Assembly (NCBI GenBank): GCA_015064285.1
Contig: SVSN01000008.1
Coordinates: forward strand, 9,498 to 73,497
Source of the DNA: Oscillospiraceae bacterium
Lineage (GTDB): Bacteria > Bacillota > Clostridia > Oscillospirales > CAG-272
Length of the DNA stretch: 64,000 bases
Reading direction: 5' to 3'
Position numbers and translations under genes: made by a program. The notes beneath the pieces are model-generated. The model was given only the letters and a program-made list of their open reading frames with translations. It was not told the origin of the DNA and did not search any database. Shown here piece after piece: positions 17,989 to 27,789 of this stretch. The stretch's first letter is position 1. Every line of letters starts with the position of its first letter.

Positions 17989-20493
17989 TTACAGTACCTT
18001 GTATCCTTCTTTTTCCACGGTCTTCTTCAGCACCGCATCGGATACATCCTTGTTCAGCTTCACAACGGCGGTGCCGGTTTCGTGGCTGACAATGGCTTCT
18101 TCTACCTGCTTCAGGGCTTCCAGAGCCTTTTTCACTCTGGCTTCGCAGTGGCTGCACATCATGCCTTCAATTTTCATAGTCTTTTCCATATCAGTATTCT
18201 CCTTTTGGGATAAAATTTTTCTGTTTCGCAGGGGACGGTCATGGGCAGCGTCATGTACCTTCACCAGATTCAGCCGCAGGGCATTGGTGACCACACAGAA
18301 GCTGGACAGGCTCATGGCTGCTGCGCCGAACATGGGATTCATTTCCCAGCCCAGCATGGAGATAAACACCCCGGCCGCCAGCGGAATGCCGAGGCAGTTG
18401 TAGAAAAACGCCCAGAACAGGTTCTCTCGGATGTTTTTCAGTACCTTTCTGCTCAGACGGATGGCGGCGGATACATCAGTCAGACGGCTGTGCATCAGCA
18501 CCACATCGGCGGCGTCAATGGCCACATCCGTTCCCGCTCCGATGGCGATGCCCATATCGGCTCTGGTCAGGGCAGGGGCATCGTTGATGCCGTCACCGAC
18601 CATAATCACCTTACCGGACTTTTGCAGCCGGCGGATCACCGCTTCCTTTTCGTCCGGCAGAACGCCGGCAATGACTTCATCTACGCCCGCCTGCCTGCCG
18701 ATAGCTTCTGCGGTTTTCCGGTTGTCTCCGGTGAGCATGACGACCCGGATACCCATGTTCTGCAGCTGCCGGATGGCTTCCGGGCTGTCTTCCTTGATGG
18801 TGTCTGCTACGGCAATGATGCCAAGAAACCGATCCTGTCGGGCAAAGAACAGCGGTGTTTTTCCCTGGTCTGCCAGAGCTTCCGCCAGTGACAGCATATC
18901 TGACGGTACGGCGGTGTACTTTTCGATCAGTTCCCGATTGCCGCCCACAACGGTTTCACCATCCAGTATACCGGTCACACCGTTTCCGGGCAGTACGGTA
19001 AAATCAGCGGTTTGGGCAAGACCCAGTGCCCGTTCTTCGCTGCGGCGCAGGATGGCTTTGGCCAGCGGATGCTCGCTTTTGGCTTCCAGAGAGGCCGCCA
19101 GTGTCAGAAGCGTGTCTGCATCCATACCATCTGCCGGACAGATATCGGTGACAGCCGGTTCTCCTTTGGTGATGGTGCCGGTTTTGTCCAGTGCACAGAC
19201 GGCGGCTTTCCCGGTTTCTTCCAGCGATACGGCGGTTTTGAACAGGATTCCGTTTTTCGCGCCTACTCCGCTGCCCACCATAATGGCAACCGGTGTGGCA
19301 AGGCCCAGAGCACAGGGACAGCTGATTACCAGTACCGAAATACCCCTCGCCAGCGCAAAACCTGCCGTTTCCCCGGCAAGCAGCCATATCAGTGTGGTGA
19401 CGGCGGCAATGGTGATAACGGTGGGGACGAATATCCCTGAGACTTTGTCGGCGATTTTGGCAATGGGCGCTTTGGTGGCCGCCGCGTCACTGACCATGCG
19501 GATGATTTTGGCAATGGTGGTGTCCTCGCCTACATGGGTGGCTTCACAGCGGATAAACCCGGCCTGGTTGATGGAAGCGCCGTATACCGGATCTCCAACC
19601 GTTTTGTCAGCAGGAACGCTTTCGCCGGTCAGAGCGGATTCGTCTATAGCGGTACTGCCTTCCAGAATCACCCCGTCCACCGGAACCGCTTCTCCCGGAC
19701 GGACAACAAAGATCTCTCCTTTTCTTACTTCCTCCACGGGAACGGAAATTTCTTCTCCGTCCCGCAGTACAGTGGCCATACGGGGAGCCAGATCCATCAG
19801 ATTCCGCAGGGCGTCGGTGGTCTTCCCCTTGGAGCGGGCTTCCAGCATCTTCCCAACGGTAATCAGTGCCAGAATCATGGCGGCGGATTCAAAATACAGT
19901 CCATGCAGTTTATCCATGGCAAGCGCGGCGTCTCCCGCAAGCTGGGCGGCAGACATGGTATACAGTTCCCATGTACTGTAACCGAACGCCGCGGCGGATC
20001 CCATTGCCACCAGCGTGTCCATATTGGGCGCACCGTGGAGGATGCCCGCAAAACCGCTTATAAAGAATTTCTGGTTGATGACCATGACAATCCCGGCCAG
20101 AAGAAGCTGGGTCAGACCGATGGCAACCGGATTGGATGCCAGAAAGTCCGGCAGAGGCCAGTGCCACATGGTATGCCCCATGGCGACGTACATGAGAACG
20201 GCCAGAAACCCGAGAGAGGCGATCAGCCGCCGCTTCAGCCGGGGTGTTTCCGTATCGGCCAGCGGATCGGCAGGGGTATTTTTTTCACCGGCACTGTTTT
20301 TGAGTGCGGCACCATACCCCGCTTTTTCCACAGCTTTGATGATTTCGGCAGAGGAAGCCGTACCCTCCACGCCCATGGAGTGGGTCAGCAGATTTACGGA
20401 ACAGCCGGACACACCGGACACACCGGATACCGCTTTTTCCACCCGGGCACTGCAGGCCGCACAACTCATGCCGGTAACAGTATATTGTTCCAC
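17989..20493 (-). CDS. copA: copper-translocating P1B-type ATPase with N- and C-terminal HMA domains
   Basis: N-terminal GMSCAACSARVEKA, CPC (ISCPCALGLATP), DKTGT, GDGINDAP, and a second HMA domain at the C-terminus (GMMCSHCEARVKKA). Confidence 0.92.
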   Translation of the reverse strand: MEQYTVTGMSCAACSARVEKAVSGVSGVSGCSVNLLTHSMGVEGTASSAEIIKAVEKAGYGAALKNSAGEKNTPADPLADTETPRLKRRLIASLGFLAVLMYVAMGHTMWHWPLPDFLASNPVAIGLTQLLLAGIVMVINQKFFISGFAGILHGAPNMDTLVAMGSAAAFGYSTWELYTMSAAQLAGDAALAMDKLHGLYFESAAMILALITVGKMLEARSKGKTTDALRNLMDLAPRMATVLRDGEEISVPVEEVRKGEIFVVRPGEAVPVDGVILEGSTAIDESALTGESVPADKTVGDPVYGASINQAGFIRCEATHVGEDTTIAKIIRMVSDAAATKAPIAKIADKVSGIFVPTVITIAAVTTLIWLLAGETAGFALARGISVLVISCPCALGLATPVAIMVGSGVGAKNGILFKTAVSLEETGKAAVCALDKTGTITKGEPAVTDICPADGMDADTLLTLAASLEAKSEHPLAKAILRRSEERALGLAQTADFTVLPGNGVTGILDGETVVGGNRELIEKYTAVPSDMLSLAEALADQGKTPLFFARQDRFLGIIAVADTIKEDSPEAIRQLQNMGIRVVMLTGDNRKTAEAIGRQAGVDEVIAGVLPDEKEAVIRRLQKSGKVIMVGDGINDAPALTRADMGIAIGAGTDVAIDAADVVLMHSRLTDVSAAIRLSRKVLKNIRENLFWAFFYNCLGIPLAAGVFISMLGWEMNPMFGAAAMSLSSFCVVTNALRLNLVKVHDAAHDRPLRNRKILSQKENTDMEKTMKIEGMMCSHCEARVKKALEALKQVEEAIVSHETGTAVVKLNKDVSDAVLKKTVEKEGYKVL

Positions 20494-20523
20494 AGGATTT
20501 TCCTTTCTTCGTTTGGTTTGGCT

Positions 20524-20838
20524 TTATTTCATCAGCCGGGCGATGGTTTCCGCCAGCTCATCGGCGGTTTCTTCTTTCCCGGCGCGGATATCTTCCACCA
20601 CGCAGGTGCGGATGTGCTGGGTCAGCAGAACCTTGCCGAAGCCGTTCAGGGCAGCGGAAACTGCCGCCACCTGTGTCAGAATGTCCGGACAGTATGCATC
20701 CTTTTCGATCATTCCGCGGATGCCGCGAATCTGTCCTTCAATACGGCTCAGCCGGTTCATCAGAGCTTTGTATTCTTCCTCTGTGCGCTGCTTTGTCCTG
20801 CAGCAGCACGGGCAGATTTCTTCTTTCATAGTATCCAT
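20524..20838 (-). CDS. csoR: CsoR-family copper-sensing repressor
   Basis: Start MDTMKEE with a GAGGTG RBS. CsoR core LSRIEGQIRGIRGMIEKDAYCPDILTQ. It lies upstream of copA in the same orientation. Confidence 0.85.
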   Translation of the reverse strand: MDTMKEEICPCCCRTKQRTEEEYKALMNRLSRIEGQIRGIRGMIEKDAYCPDILTQVAAVSAALNGFGKVLLTQHIRTCVVEDIRAGKEETADELAETIARLMK

Positions 20839-20851
20839 CGATATCACCTCG

Positions 20852-20870
20852 TATACCCCCTGGGGGTATA
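20852..20870. promoter_or_regulatory. CsoR-type operator (perfect GC-tract palindrome)
   Basis: TATACCCCCTGGGGGTATA, a perfect inverted repeat of the TACCC..GGGTA type bound by CsoR repressors. It lies 4 nt downstream of the -10 element. Confidence 0.75.
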
Positions 20871-20873
20871 TAT

Positions 20874-20902
20874 AGGATAGCACAGAAATCATAGTTTGTC
20901 AA
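20874..20902 (-). promoter_or_regulatory. sigma-A promoter of the csoR-copA operon
   Basis: On the minus strand: TTGACA-17 nt-TATCCT. Confidence 0.6.
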
Positions 20903-21003
20903 TAGGAAATTGAAAAAAAGTCAGCTTTTTTAAAACAACCGTTCTCCTTTTACTGGCGTTTGGCGATCGGCTGCCGGATAATGCACATAAAAATAGTTTG
21001 TTA

Positions 21004-21045
21004 CAAAAAAACACAGACGCAGAAAAATTTTTCCGCATCTGTGTT
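21004..21045 (-). terminator. intrinsic terminator of cysK
   Basis: Long imperfect hairpin (ACACAGA.GC.GAAAAA / TTTTTC.GC.TCTGTGT) followed on the minus strand by T7. Confidence 0.65.
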
Positions 21046-21055
21046 CAGGTATATT

Positions 21056-21976
21056 TCAGTCAAACATCCCCGTGGAAAGATACCGGTCTCCCGCATCGGG
21101 CAGCAGTGCTACAATCACTTTCCCCCGGTTTTCTTCTCTGCGGGCAAGGACGGACGCCGCGTGGACAGCCGCACCGGAGGTGATTCCCGCAAGTACGCCT
21201 TCCTCTCTGACCAGTGCTCTCCCGGCGGCATATGCTTCCGCTGTGGTGACGGTCAGAATTTCGTCAAGGAGGCCGGTGTCCAGAATTTCCGGTACAAAGT
21301 TGGCGCCGATGCCCTGCAGACCGTGAGGCCCGGCTTTGCCGCCGGAGAGCAGGGGAGAGTCTGCCGGTTCCACGGCTACAATTTTGATATTGGGATTTTT
21401 TTCTTTCAGATACCGCCCCACGCCGGTGATGGTGCCGCCTGTGCCCACACCCGCTACGAAAATATCCACTTTCCCATCGGTGTCTTCCCAGATTTCCGGG
21501 CCGGTGGTACGGTAGTGAACGGCAGGATTGGCAGGATTGGTGAATTGTCCGGGGATGATGCTGTCCGGAATCTCCCGTGCCAACTCCTCCGCTTTGGCAA
21601 TGGAACCCGCCATACCCAGTTTCCCTTCGGTCAGCACCAGTTCCGCACCGTAAGCTGCAAGCAGCTGCCGCCGTTCCGCACTCATGGTATCCGGCATGGT
21701 CAGAATCACCCTGTACCCCCGTACCGCCGCAGCCAGTGCCAGCCCGATGCCGGTATTGCCGCTGGTAGGCTCAATGATAACGCTGCCGGGCTTCAGCAGT
21801 CCCGCTTCTTCCGCCGCTTCAATCATAGCAAGTCCCACCCGGTCTTTGGCGCTGCCTGCCGGATTGGCTCTTTCCAGCTTGGCCAGTACTGCGGCGGGCA
21901 GATCCCTGCCGTACCGGTTCAGATGCAGAAGGGGAGTATGGCCGATCAGTTCGGTGATGCTTTCGTAGATACGCAT
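21056..21976 (-). CDS. cysK: cysteine synthase A (O-acetylserine sulfhydrylase)
   Basis: Start [17 protein letters not shown] with a GAGGTG RBS. PLP-lysine motif GSAKDR and [10 protein letters not shown] loop. The track ORF's 45-aa N-terminal extension has no support. Confidence 0.92.
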   Translation of the reverse strand: MRIYESITELIGHTPLLHLNRYGRDLPAAVLAKLERANPAGSAKDRVGLAMIEAAEEAGLLKPGSVIIEPTSGNTGIGLALAAAVRGYRVILTMPDTMSAERRQLLAAYGAELVLTEGKLGMAGSIAKAEELAREIPDSIIPGQFTNPANPAVHYRTTGPEIWEDTDGKVDIFVAGVGTGGTITGVGRYLKEKNPNIKIVAVEPADSPLLSGGKAGPHGLQGIGANFVPEILDTGLLDEILTVTTAEAYAAGRALVREEGVLAGITSGAAVHAASVLARREENRGKVIVALLPDAGDRYLSTGMFD

Positions 21977-21991
21977 GATGTACACCTCGTA

Positions 21992-22041
21992 TTTCCTATT
22001 GAAGATATAGGAATTATAGCACAGAATCCGGTTTCTGTCAA
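21992..22041 (-). promoter_or_regulatory. cysK promoter plus inverted repeat
   Basis: Minus strand: TTGACA-17 nt-TATAAT (22041-22013), abutted on its downstream side by the inverted repeat TTCCTAT-N8-ATAGGAA (21993-22014). Confidence 0.6.
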
Positions 22042-22122
22042 GTAAGGAGGCGGAATTTTTTTCACAAAATGTTACTGTGAAAACGAACATATTTTTGCTT
22101 TGTTCTTGCATTCACCGGAAAG

Positions 22123-22959
22123 ATGTGGTACACTGTAGGCACAAAATCCGATAAGGCGGTGCGGCAGATGTCTTTGTATACAATCGTGGATTATTTCGGT
22201 TATGATCTTTCTCCCCAAGAACGGATGAAGGCCATCCGGACAGCAGGGTTTGATGGGGTGATTCTGCTCTGGGCGGATTATTTTGACGCGGATTATAAGG
22301 AATTTCCCCGATATGCTGCAAGGGAAGGGCTGTTTGTGGAGAATACCCATGGCCCGTACAGGGGTGCGGAAGAAATCTGGAACGACAGCGCAGCCGGTGC
22401 GGACTACATGGAGCAGATTATGTCCTGTATCCGGGACTGCCGGGAATACGGAATCCCCACCATGGTGATGCACGCGGTCAACGGCATGATTCCTCTGCCG
22501 GAGGATGCTTCCCTGGGCGTGGAACGTTTCCGGCGGATCGATGATCTGGCAGAGCGGTGCGGTGTCAATGTGGCGGTGGAGAACCAGGGAAATCCCCTGT
22601 ATCTGGATCTGGTTTTTGATGCGGACAACCGGTTTTCGGATCGGATCGGGTTCTGTTTCGACAGCGGACACGAGAATTTTTATTCTCCGAACTGGCATCT
22701 GCTTTCCCATGCGTATGGAGAAAAGCTGATGGCACTCCATCTTCACGACAACAACGGAAAAGAGGACACCCATGTCCTGCCGTTTACGGAAGCACCGGAA
22801 GGATGGGGTGTGGACTGGACGGCGATCCGCCAGCAACTGCAGTCCATGCAGTACAAAGGAGCGGTGGCACTGGAAACGCTGAACAAAGGGTACGAGCAGA
22901 TCACAGACCCGGTGGAGTTTCTCAGACTGGCACTGGAACGGGCGAAAAGGATAATGTAA
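22123..22959 (+). CDS. sugar-phosphate isomerase/epimerase (xylose-isomerase-like TIM barrel)
   Basis: AP-endonuclease-2/TIM-barrel-type motifs (VMHA..., VAVENQG, CFDSGH, LHLHDN). The start is uncertain; an alternative ATG at 22168 gives MSLYTIVDYF. Confidence 0.75.
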   Translation: MWYTVGTKSDKAVRQMSLYTIVDYFGYDLSPQERMKAIRTAGFDGVILLWADYFDADYKEFPRYAAREGLFVENTHGPYRGAEEIWNDSAAGADYMEQIMSCIRDCREYGIPTMVMHAVNGMIPLPEDASLGVERFRRIDDLAERCGVNVAVENQGNPLYLDLVFDADNRFSDRIGFCFDSGHENFYSPNWHLLSHAYGEKLMALHLHDNNGKEDTHVLPFTEAPEGWGVDWTAIRQQLQSMQYKGAVALETLNKGYEQITDPVEFLRLALERAKRIM

Positions 22960-23006
22960 AACGAAAGCATCCGTGGCAGAAAAATCTCCGGCGGATGCTT
23001 CTTGAT

Positions 23007-23417
23007 TTATATAATAATCCCATCCAGATGGTCCACTTCGTGCTGGATGATCTGTGCTGTCCAGCCGGTGAAGGTTTTCATGCGGATCTGCATTTTTTCG
23101 TTCTGATACTGTACCTTAATGGTGCGCCAGCGTTTGGTTTTTCGGGTGCCTGTGAGGGAAAGACAGCCTTCTTCCGTTTCATAAGGCTTTTCCTTCTTCA
23201 GAATTACCGGGTTGTACATGACCATGTATTCCCCTTCGTTGTCAAAAGCAATAATCCGCTTCAGTTCACCGATCATGTTGGCGGCCATACCCACACAGCC
23301 GTCTTTGTGTGCTTTCAGTGTCTCCAGCAGATCCTCCGCGATACCAATGTCTTCCGGTGTAGCCGGTGCGGAAGGCTGGGCTAAGAGAATGATATCTTTA
23401 TTGATTTCGCGTATCAT
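23007..23417 (-). CDS. def: peptide deformylase
   Basis: All three Def motifs are present: GCVGMAANM, EGCLSL, HEVDHLDG. Confidence 0.9.
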   Translation of the reverse strand: MIREINKDIILLAQPSAPATPEDIGIAEDLLETLKAHKDGCVGMAANMIGELKRIIAFDNEGEYMVMYNPVILKKEKPYETEEGCLSLTGTRKTKRWRTIKVQYQNEKMQIRMKTFTGWTAQIIQHEVDHLDGIII

Positions 23418-23432
23418 AAAAGTAACCTCCGT

Positions 23433-23951
23433 TTATTTCTGACAGACAGTGCAATGCGCATACACAAGATCGTTTCCGTCTTTTTCGTCAAGGAGAACAA
23501 AGCCAAGAGAGGCGTACAGTGCCTGCGCCCGGTGGTTGTCCGTTTCCACCGCCAGTTTTACAGGCAGATCCGGGCAGACTTCGCGGAGTATCTGCAGTGC
23601 CAGCCGGGCGGCGGCGGTTCCATATCCTTTGTGCTGATGGTGTGCATCAATCATATACCCGAAGGAAACGCCGTCCCCTTCCGCCAGCCACGGGGAAAAC
23701 ACAATAAACCCGATCCGGGTTCCGTCCGTTCGGCAGATCACACAGGGAAGAAATTTCTCCGGCCACAGCCAGGCTCTGCCGATGGAAAAACCGGGCGGAT
23801 TCACAAAATCCCGCTGCTCAGGTGTCAGGATGAGTTCCTGGGAGGCGTACCAGAGATCCTCCTGATCGGAAATCGGGCGGATCAGAATATTGTCAAGTGT
23901 GCGCCTGTCTTCGGAAAGATCACGGATTCGCCGGGGAAGGGGTGGTGTCAT
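23433..23951 (-). CDS. GNAT-family N-acetyltransferase
   Basis: Acetyl-CoA motif QHKGYGTAAARLAL. The start ATG overlaps the upstream stop as ATGA (23948-23951), indicating translational coupling. Confidence 0.8.
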   Translation of the reverse strand: MTPPLPRRIRDLSEDRRTLDNILIRPISDQEDLWYASQELILTPEQRDFVNPPGFSIGRAWLWPEKFLPCVICRTDGTRIGFIVFSPWLAEGDGVSFGYMIDAHHQHKGYGTAAARLALQILREVCPDLPVKLAVETDNHRAQALYASLGFVLLDEKDGNDLVYAHCTVCQK

Positions 23952-25006
23952 AATACAGCCTCCGAATGGCAATATATGAAGCGATTCCGCAGAAAATCTG
24001 TGTAGTCACCACGGCAAAACAGTTTCTGGCTTGTGGGATTTCCGCATGTACGAACAATCTCACAGAAAGGTACAGAGGCACGGATATGTTGTGCGGGTGT
24101 ACTGTTTTCTGTATATCGCTGTAAAATAGTTTCTGCGTTGTCTGTGTAAAGATTACCAAGCCGCCAGTGAGGAGACGGAGTGGTGATGTTGGGGAACACG
24201 TCATAGTTGTGGTCTATGTAGAATACCGGTGTGTCCGTGACAATGTTTTCTGTATCCTGCGAATCGGCAAGAAGGGAATACCATTGTGCTTCTGTTCTGC
24301 CGAAAATCTCTGTTGGGTCTTCCGTCCCGAAATGCCTGCAGGTATACTGCATCAAAAGCGGTGGGATTTCAGCCAGATCTGCCGGAGTCAGCCACAGATC
24401 GTAGTTGTTTTCATTTGCACCGTCACAGGAGCCCTGATGCAGGAAAAAAGAGAATTCTTTTCCGACGGCGGTACACCGTGCTTCCAGACCCATGGAACGG
24501 ATTATGGAAACCAGATGGGGCAGTTCCGGAAGGGTTTCTCTGTTGACAAAGGTCTGGATCCGGGGGACAATACCGTTTTGCAGCAGGATATCGACAGCAG
24601 AGAGAATTTCCCGATAAGCACCTTTTCGACCGGTGTATCTGTCAGTCATTACTTCTCCGCCGAACAGGGTAAGCTGTACCGCCTGTACGCCGCGTTCTTT
24701 CAGCCAATCGACATACGAAGCATCCCTCACCAGCCGCCAAACGCTGACCAGCTCAAAATGCGGTGTTTTCCGGTCGGAAAGAGCGGTGGTCAGATTCCAC
24801 AGTTCCCGGTAATCCTCCGAAAAATCCGGTTCCCGGTACCAGTAGTCTATTTCCAGGGAATCCGTAAAGGGACGGAAAGCGGCGGCTGCATCGTGCAGGG
24901 CGGTGGTGGGCATACGTCCATTGGGTGTATGACCCAGCCAGCAGTGGCGGCACCGGTTCGGGCATCCGTGCATATCGAGACATACGGTAAGATGACGGAA
25001 ATGCAT
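23948..25006 (-). CDS. radical SAM enzyme of unknown specificity
   Basis: Start MHFRHLTV. CxxxCxxC cluster motif GCPNRCRHCWLG near the N-terminus. The longer track ORF (to 25093) would run into the tRNA-Val gene. Confidence 0.8.
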   Translation of the reverse strand: MHFRHLTVCLDMHGCPNRCRHCWLGHTPNGRMPTTALHDAAAAFRPFTDSLEIDYWYREPDFSEDYRELWNLTTALSDRKTPHFELVSVWRLVRDASYVDWLKERGVQAVQLTLFGGEVMTDRYTGRKGAYREILSAVDILLQNGIVPRIQTFVNRETLPELPHLVSIIRSMGLEARCTAVGKEFSFFLHQGSCDGANENNYDLWLTPADLAEIPPLLMQYTCRHFGTEDPTEIFGRTEAQWYSLLADSQDTENIVTDTPVFYIDHNYDVFPNITTPSPHWRLGNLYTDNAETILQRYTENSTPAQHIRASVPFCEIVRTCGNPTSQKLFCRGDYTDFLRNRFIYCHSEAVL

Positions 25007-25068
25007 TTGCGGCTCCTTTCTGTGGAATAACGGAAAAACAAAAAGGCAGCCATGATAATGACTGCCGC

Positions 25069-25142
25069 TGGAGACATGGGGACTCGAACCCAAGACCTCT
25101 CGGATGTGAACCGAACGCTCTAACCAGCTGAGCTATGCCTCC
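25069..25142 (-). tRNA. tRNA-Val (anticodon CAC)
   Basis: Manual fold: acceptor GGAGGCA/TGTCTCC, D-loop AGCTCAGCTGGTTAGAGC, anticodon loop TTCACAT, T-arm GGGTTCGAGTCCC. CCA is not encoded. Confidence 0.85.
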
Positions 25143-25293
25143 GTTCTTTGGAACAGTGTTATTATAGCACAATCCTTCTCTGTTTTCAAGAGGTTTCCGG
25201 GATTTTTTTGCATGAATTTTTTCACATACTTCCTTTCGAAAACAAAAAAAGACCCCGCCACTCGAAAAAGCAGCGGGAATCTTTGCAGAAAAC

Positions 25294-26445
25294 TCAGTCA
25301 GCAAACTTGATTTCAACTTCACGACCGCAGGCAGCGGACTTGTTGATACCGTCGATGATAGCCTGGTTGTACAGGATCTGAGAGGTGGGAACGGGTGCGG
25401 GACCATTGGTCTTGATGGCATCCAGGAAGGAGCGGATCTTCTTGTCGAACAGACCGGCGCCCTTGTTTTCCAGAATCGGAATCACGGTGTCGAATCTCTG
25501 ACCGGCGATGTCGTGGTACAGAGTCATTGCGCCGCCGACAGAACCGTTCCAGCAGTCGGTGGAGGGGATACGCAGAGCGCCTTCGGTACCGAAGATGATG
25601 GTATCACCGGGCGTGTTCACGTGCATAGCCCATGCAATTCTGAAGTCCAGAATGATGTCGCCTTCCAGACGGATGAAGGCAGCTGCAAAGTCGTCAACGG
25701 AGAAACGGGCAGCGTCAGCACCGTTGTACTTGGGGTTCTTGCCGAAGAAATCGGAAACATAACCGGAAACGGTCAGCGGCTTCGGATAACCGATGGCGTT
25801 CAGAACCATGTCGAGGGAGTAGCAGCCGATATCGCCCAGTGCACCGATACCACCGGTGGACTTTTCGATAAAGGTGGAACCCGGAATACCGCGACGACGG
25901 CCGCCGCCGGTCTGGATGTAGTAGATCTTGCCCAGAACGCCGGAGTCAACGATCTTCTTGATCATCTGCATATTGGCGTCGAAACGGGGCTGGAAACCTA
26001 CGGAGATGAATGCCTTGGATGCCTTTTCAGCAGCGCATACGGCTTCAGCTTCTTCCAGGGTTACGGTGAAGGGCTTTTCCAGCAGAACGGGGATGTCGTG
26101 TTCCATCGCATAGATAGCGGGAGCAGCGTGCTGGGTGTTGTAGGTACAGATGGAGATACCATCCAGATCGGGTTCGTTATCGATCAGTTCCTTGTGGCTG
26201 GGGTAGAAACGTACGCCCTTAACGCCATATCTTTCCATGAACTTTTCAGCCTTGCCGGGGATCAGGTCAGCGGCAGCAACGATTTCTACGTCGGGCTGGT
26301 TCTTGTAGCTCTGGATGTGGGATTCAGCGATCCAACCGGTACCGATAATCGCGATCTTGAACTTGTGGTCGGTATCGTAAACTTTTTCTTCTGTGGTAGC
26401 CTGCTTGAACTGGCTCAGAACTGCATCAGACATTGTGATGTCCAC
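25294..26445 (-). CDS. Gfo/Idh/MocA-family NAD(P)-dependent oxidoreductase
   Basis: N-terminal Rossmann motif KIAIIGTGWIAESH and an EKP motif (LLEKPF). Confidence 0.85.
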   Translation of the reverse strand: MDITMSDAVLSQFKQATTEEKVYDTDHKFKIAIIGTGWIAESHIQSYKNQPDVEIVAAADLIPGKAEKFMERYGVKGVRFYPSHKELIDNEPDLDGISICTYNTQHAAPAIYAMEHDIPVLLEKPFTVTLEEAEAVCAAEKASKAFISVGFQPRFDANMQMIKKIVDSGVLGKIYYIQTGGGRRRGIPGSTFIEKSTGGIGALGDIGCYSLDMVLNAIGYPKPLTVSGYVSDFFGKNPKYNGADAARFSVDDFAAAFIRLEGDIILDFRIAWAMHVNTPGDTIIFGTEGALRIPSTDCWNGSVGGAMTLYHDIAGQRFDTVIPILENKGAGLFDKKIRSFLDAIKTNGPAPVPTSQILYNQAIIDGINKSAACGREVEIKFAD

Positions 26446-26511
26446 CTTTCATTTTTTATTTTATTACCGGGACTGGCCGCCCGGCGTATTTACATATTTA
26501 GGGAATGAAAC

Positions 26512-27336
26512 TTACCAGCCAACGGACTTGAGGTTTTCTCTTGCCTTGGTGATGCATTCCATTCTGGTCAGACCCATAGAGGGTTCGTCCTGTTCCACAA
26601 CAACCCAGCCAGCACCTGCATCAACAGATGCGTCCAGGATTGCCTGCATATCCTGCATACCGGAACCGAAGGGACGGAATTCGAACGTGGATTCTTCTTC
26701 TTCCTTTTCTTCTTCTTCGATACCGATCAGGGCATACAGATGGGTGGGGAGCTTACCGCTCATGTAGAAGTCCTTCAGATGCACAACGGGAGCTCTGCCG
26801 GTGTACTTGCGTACGTATGCAGCGGGTTCTTCACCGCCCACATTTACCCAGCAGGTATCCAGTTCGGTCTGCAGATATGCGGCGGGAACACGGTTATACA
26901 GAATATCCAGACCGTACTCGCCGTCTACCTTCTTGAATTCAAAATCATGGTTGTGGTAAAGCAGGGTCAGGCCCATGTCAGCAGCCATCTTGCCGATCTT
27001 GGCAACCACTTCGATGGTTTCTTCAAACTTATCAGCACCGGGGCGGCGTTCTTCGGTTACATAGGGAACAACTACGAATTTGCAGCCGATTTCCTTATAG
27101 GCAGCCAGAGTGCCTTCGGTATCCTTAATCATATCGTCCAGCGGAACGTGAGCGGAAATGGGGGTCAGACCCAGTTCTTCACACCATGCCTTGATATCAG
27201 CAGGGGCGTTGCCGAACAGACCGGCGAATTCAACACCGGCATAGCCGATTTCCTTCACCTTGGTCAGAGCAGCTTTCATGTCTGCTTCTACGCTGTCGCG
27301 GATAGAATACAGCTGTACAGCTACCGGTAATGCCAT
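26512..27336 (-). CDS. sugar-phosphate isomerase/epimerase (xylose-isomerase-like TIM barrel)
   Basis: Start MALPVAVQLYSIRD with a GGAGGA RBS. TIM-barrel family features (YHNHDFEF, HLKD). Confidence 0.8.
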   Translation of the reverse strand: MALPVAVQLYSIRDSVEADMKAALTKVKEIGYAGVEFAGLFGNAPADIKAWCEELGLTPISAHVPLDDMIKDTEGTLAAYKEIGCKFVVVPYVTEERRPGADKFEETIEVVAKIGKMAADMGLTLLYHNHDFEFKKVDGEYGLDILYNRVPAAYLQTELDTCWVNVGGEEPAAYVRKYTGRAPVVHLKDFYMSGKLPTHLYALIGIEEEEKEEEESTFEFRPFGSGMQDMQAILDASVDAGAGWVVVEQDEPSMGLTRMECITKARENLKSVGW

Positions 27337-27684
27337 AATATATCCTCCAGGAAACAAAAATAGTCAAAAATCACAAAACCAAAGAATACCTTGGCCACCA
27401 AATTGGAATTGGTGTGTGCTTTTTTCTTATTATAACGTACTCGGATCATAAAATCAAGAGCTTTTCTACAGAAATTTTTGTTTTTCAGATATTATTTTGT
27501 GAAAATAGGCGCAATCGCCTGCAGGCAAATGAAAGAAAGCAGGGAGGCGTTTCTTTGGTGGAAAATAACAGATTTTATTATAAAACTTTTCACTATATGT
27601 GTTATGTACTGTACGTAATTTCCATAGGGATAGAGTCTCCAGTTTTCCATGAATACAAAAGGGAAAGATTGTGCTTTATAGCCA

Positions 27685-27713
27685 TTGACAAAAAAGGTTG
27701 AAATCTGTATAAT
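27685..27713 (+). promoter_or_regulatory. sigma-A promoter for the 27790 gene
   Basis: TTGACA-17 nt-TATAAT, about 75 nt upstream of the start codon. Confidence 0.6.
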
Positions 27714-27789
27714 TTTATGATAATAAGCGAAGTCTTTTTCATCGGACTTTGGATCACCCAAGAAACCGGGTTTCCCGGGGAAAGAGGTA

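Noticed and set aside
25007-25093. N-terminal extension of the radical SAM ORF
   Set aside because: It would run into the tRNA-Val gene (25069-25142). The internal start MHFRHL sits right before the CxxxCxxC motif.
27414-27761. 95-aa (+) and 89-aa (-) ORFs in the 27337-27789 intergenic region
   Set aside because: They are mutually overlapping ORFs in AT-rich promoter DNA between divergent genes. Neither has an RBS, and a consensus promoter for the downstream gene lies inside them.
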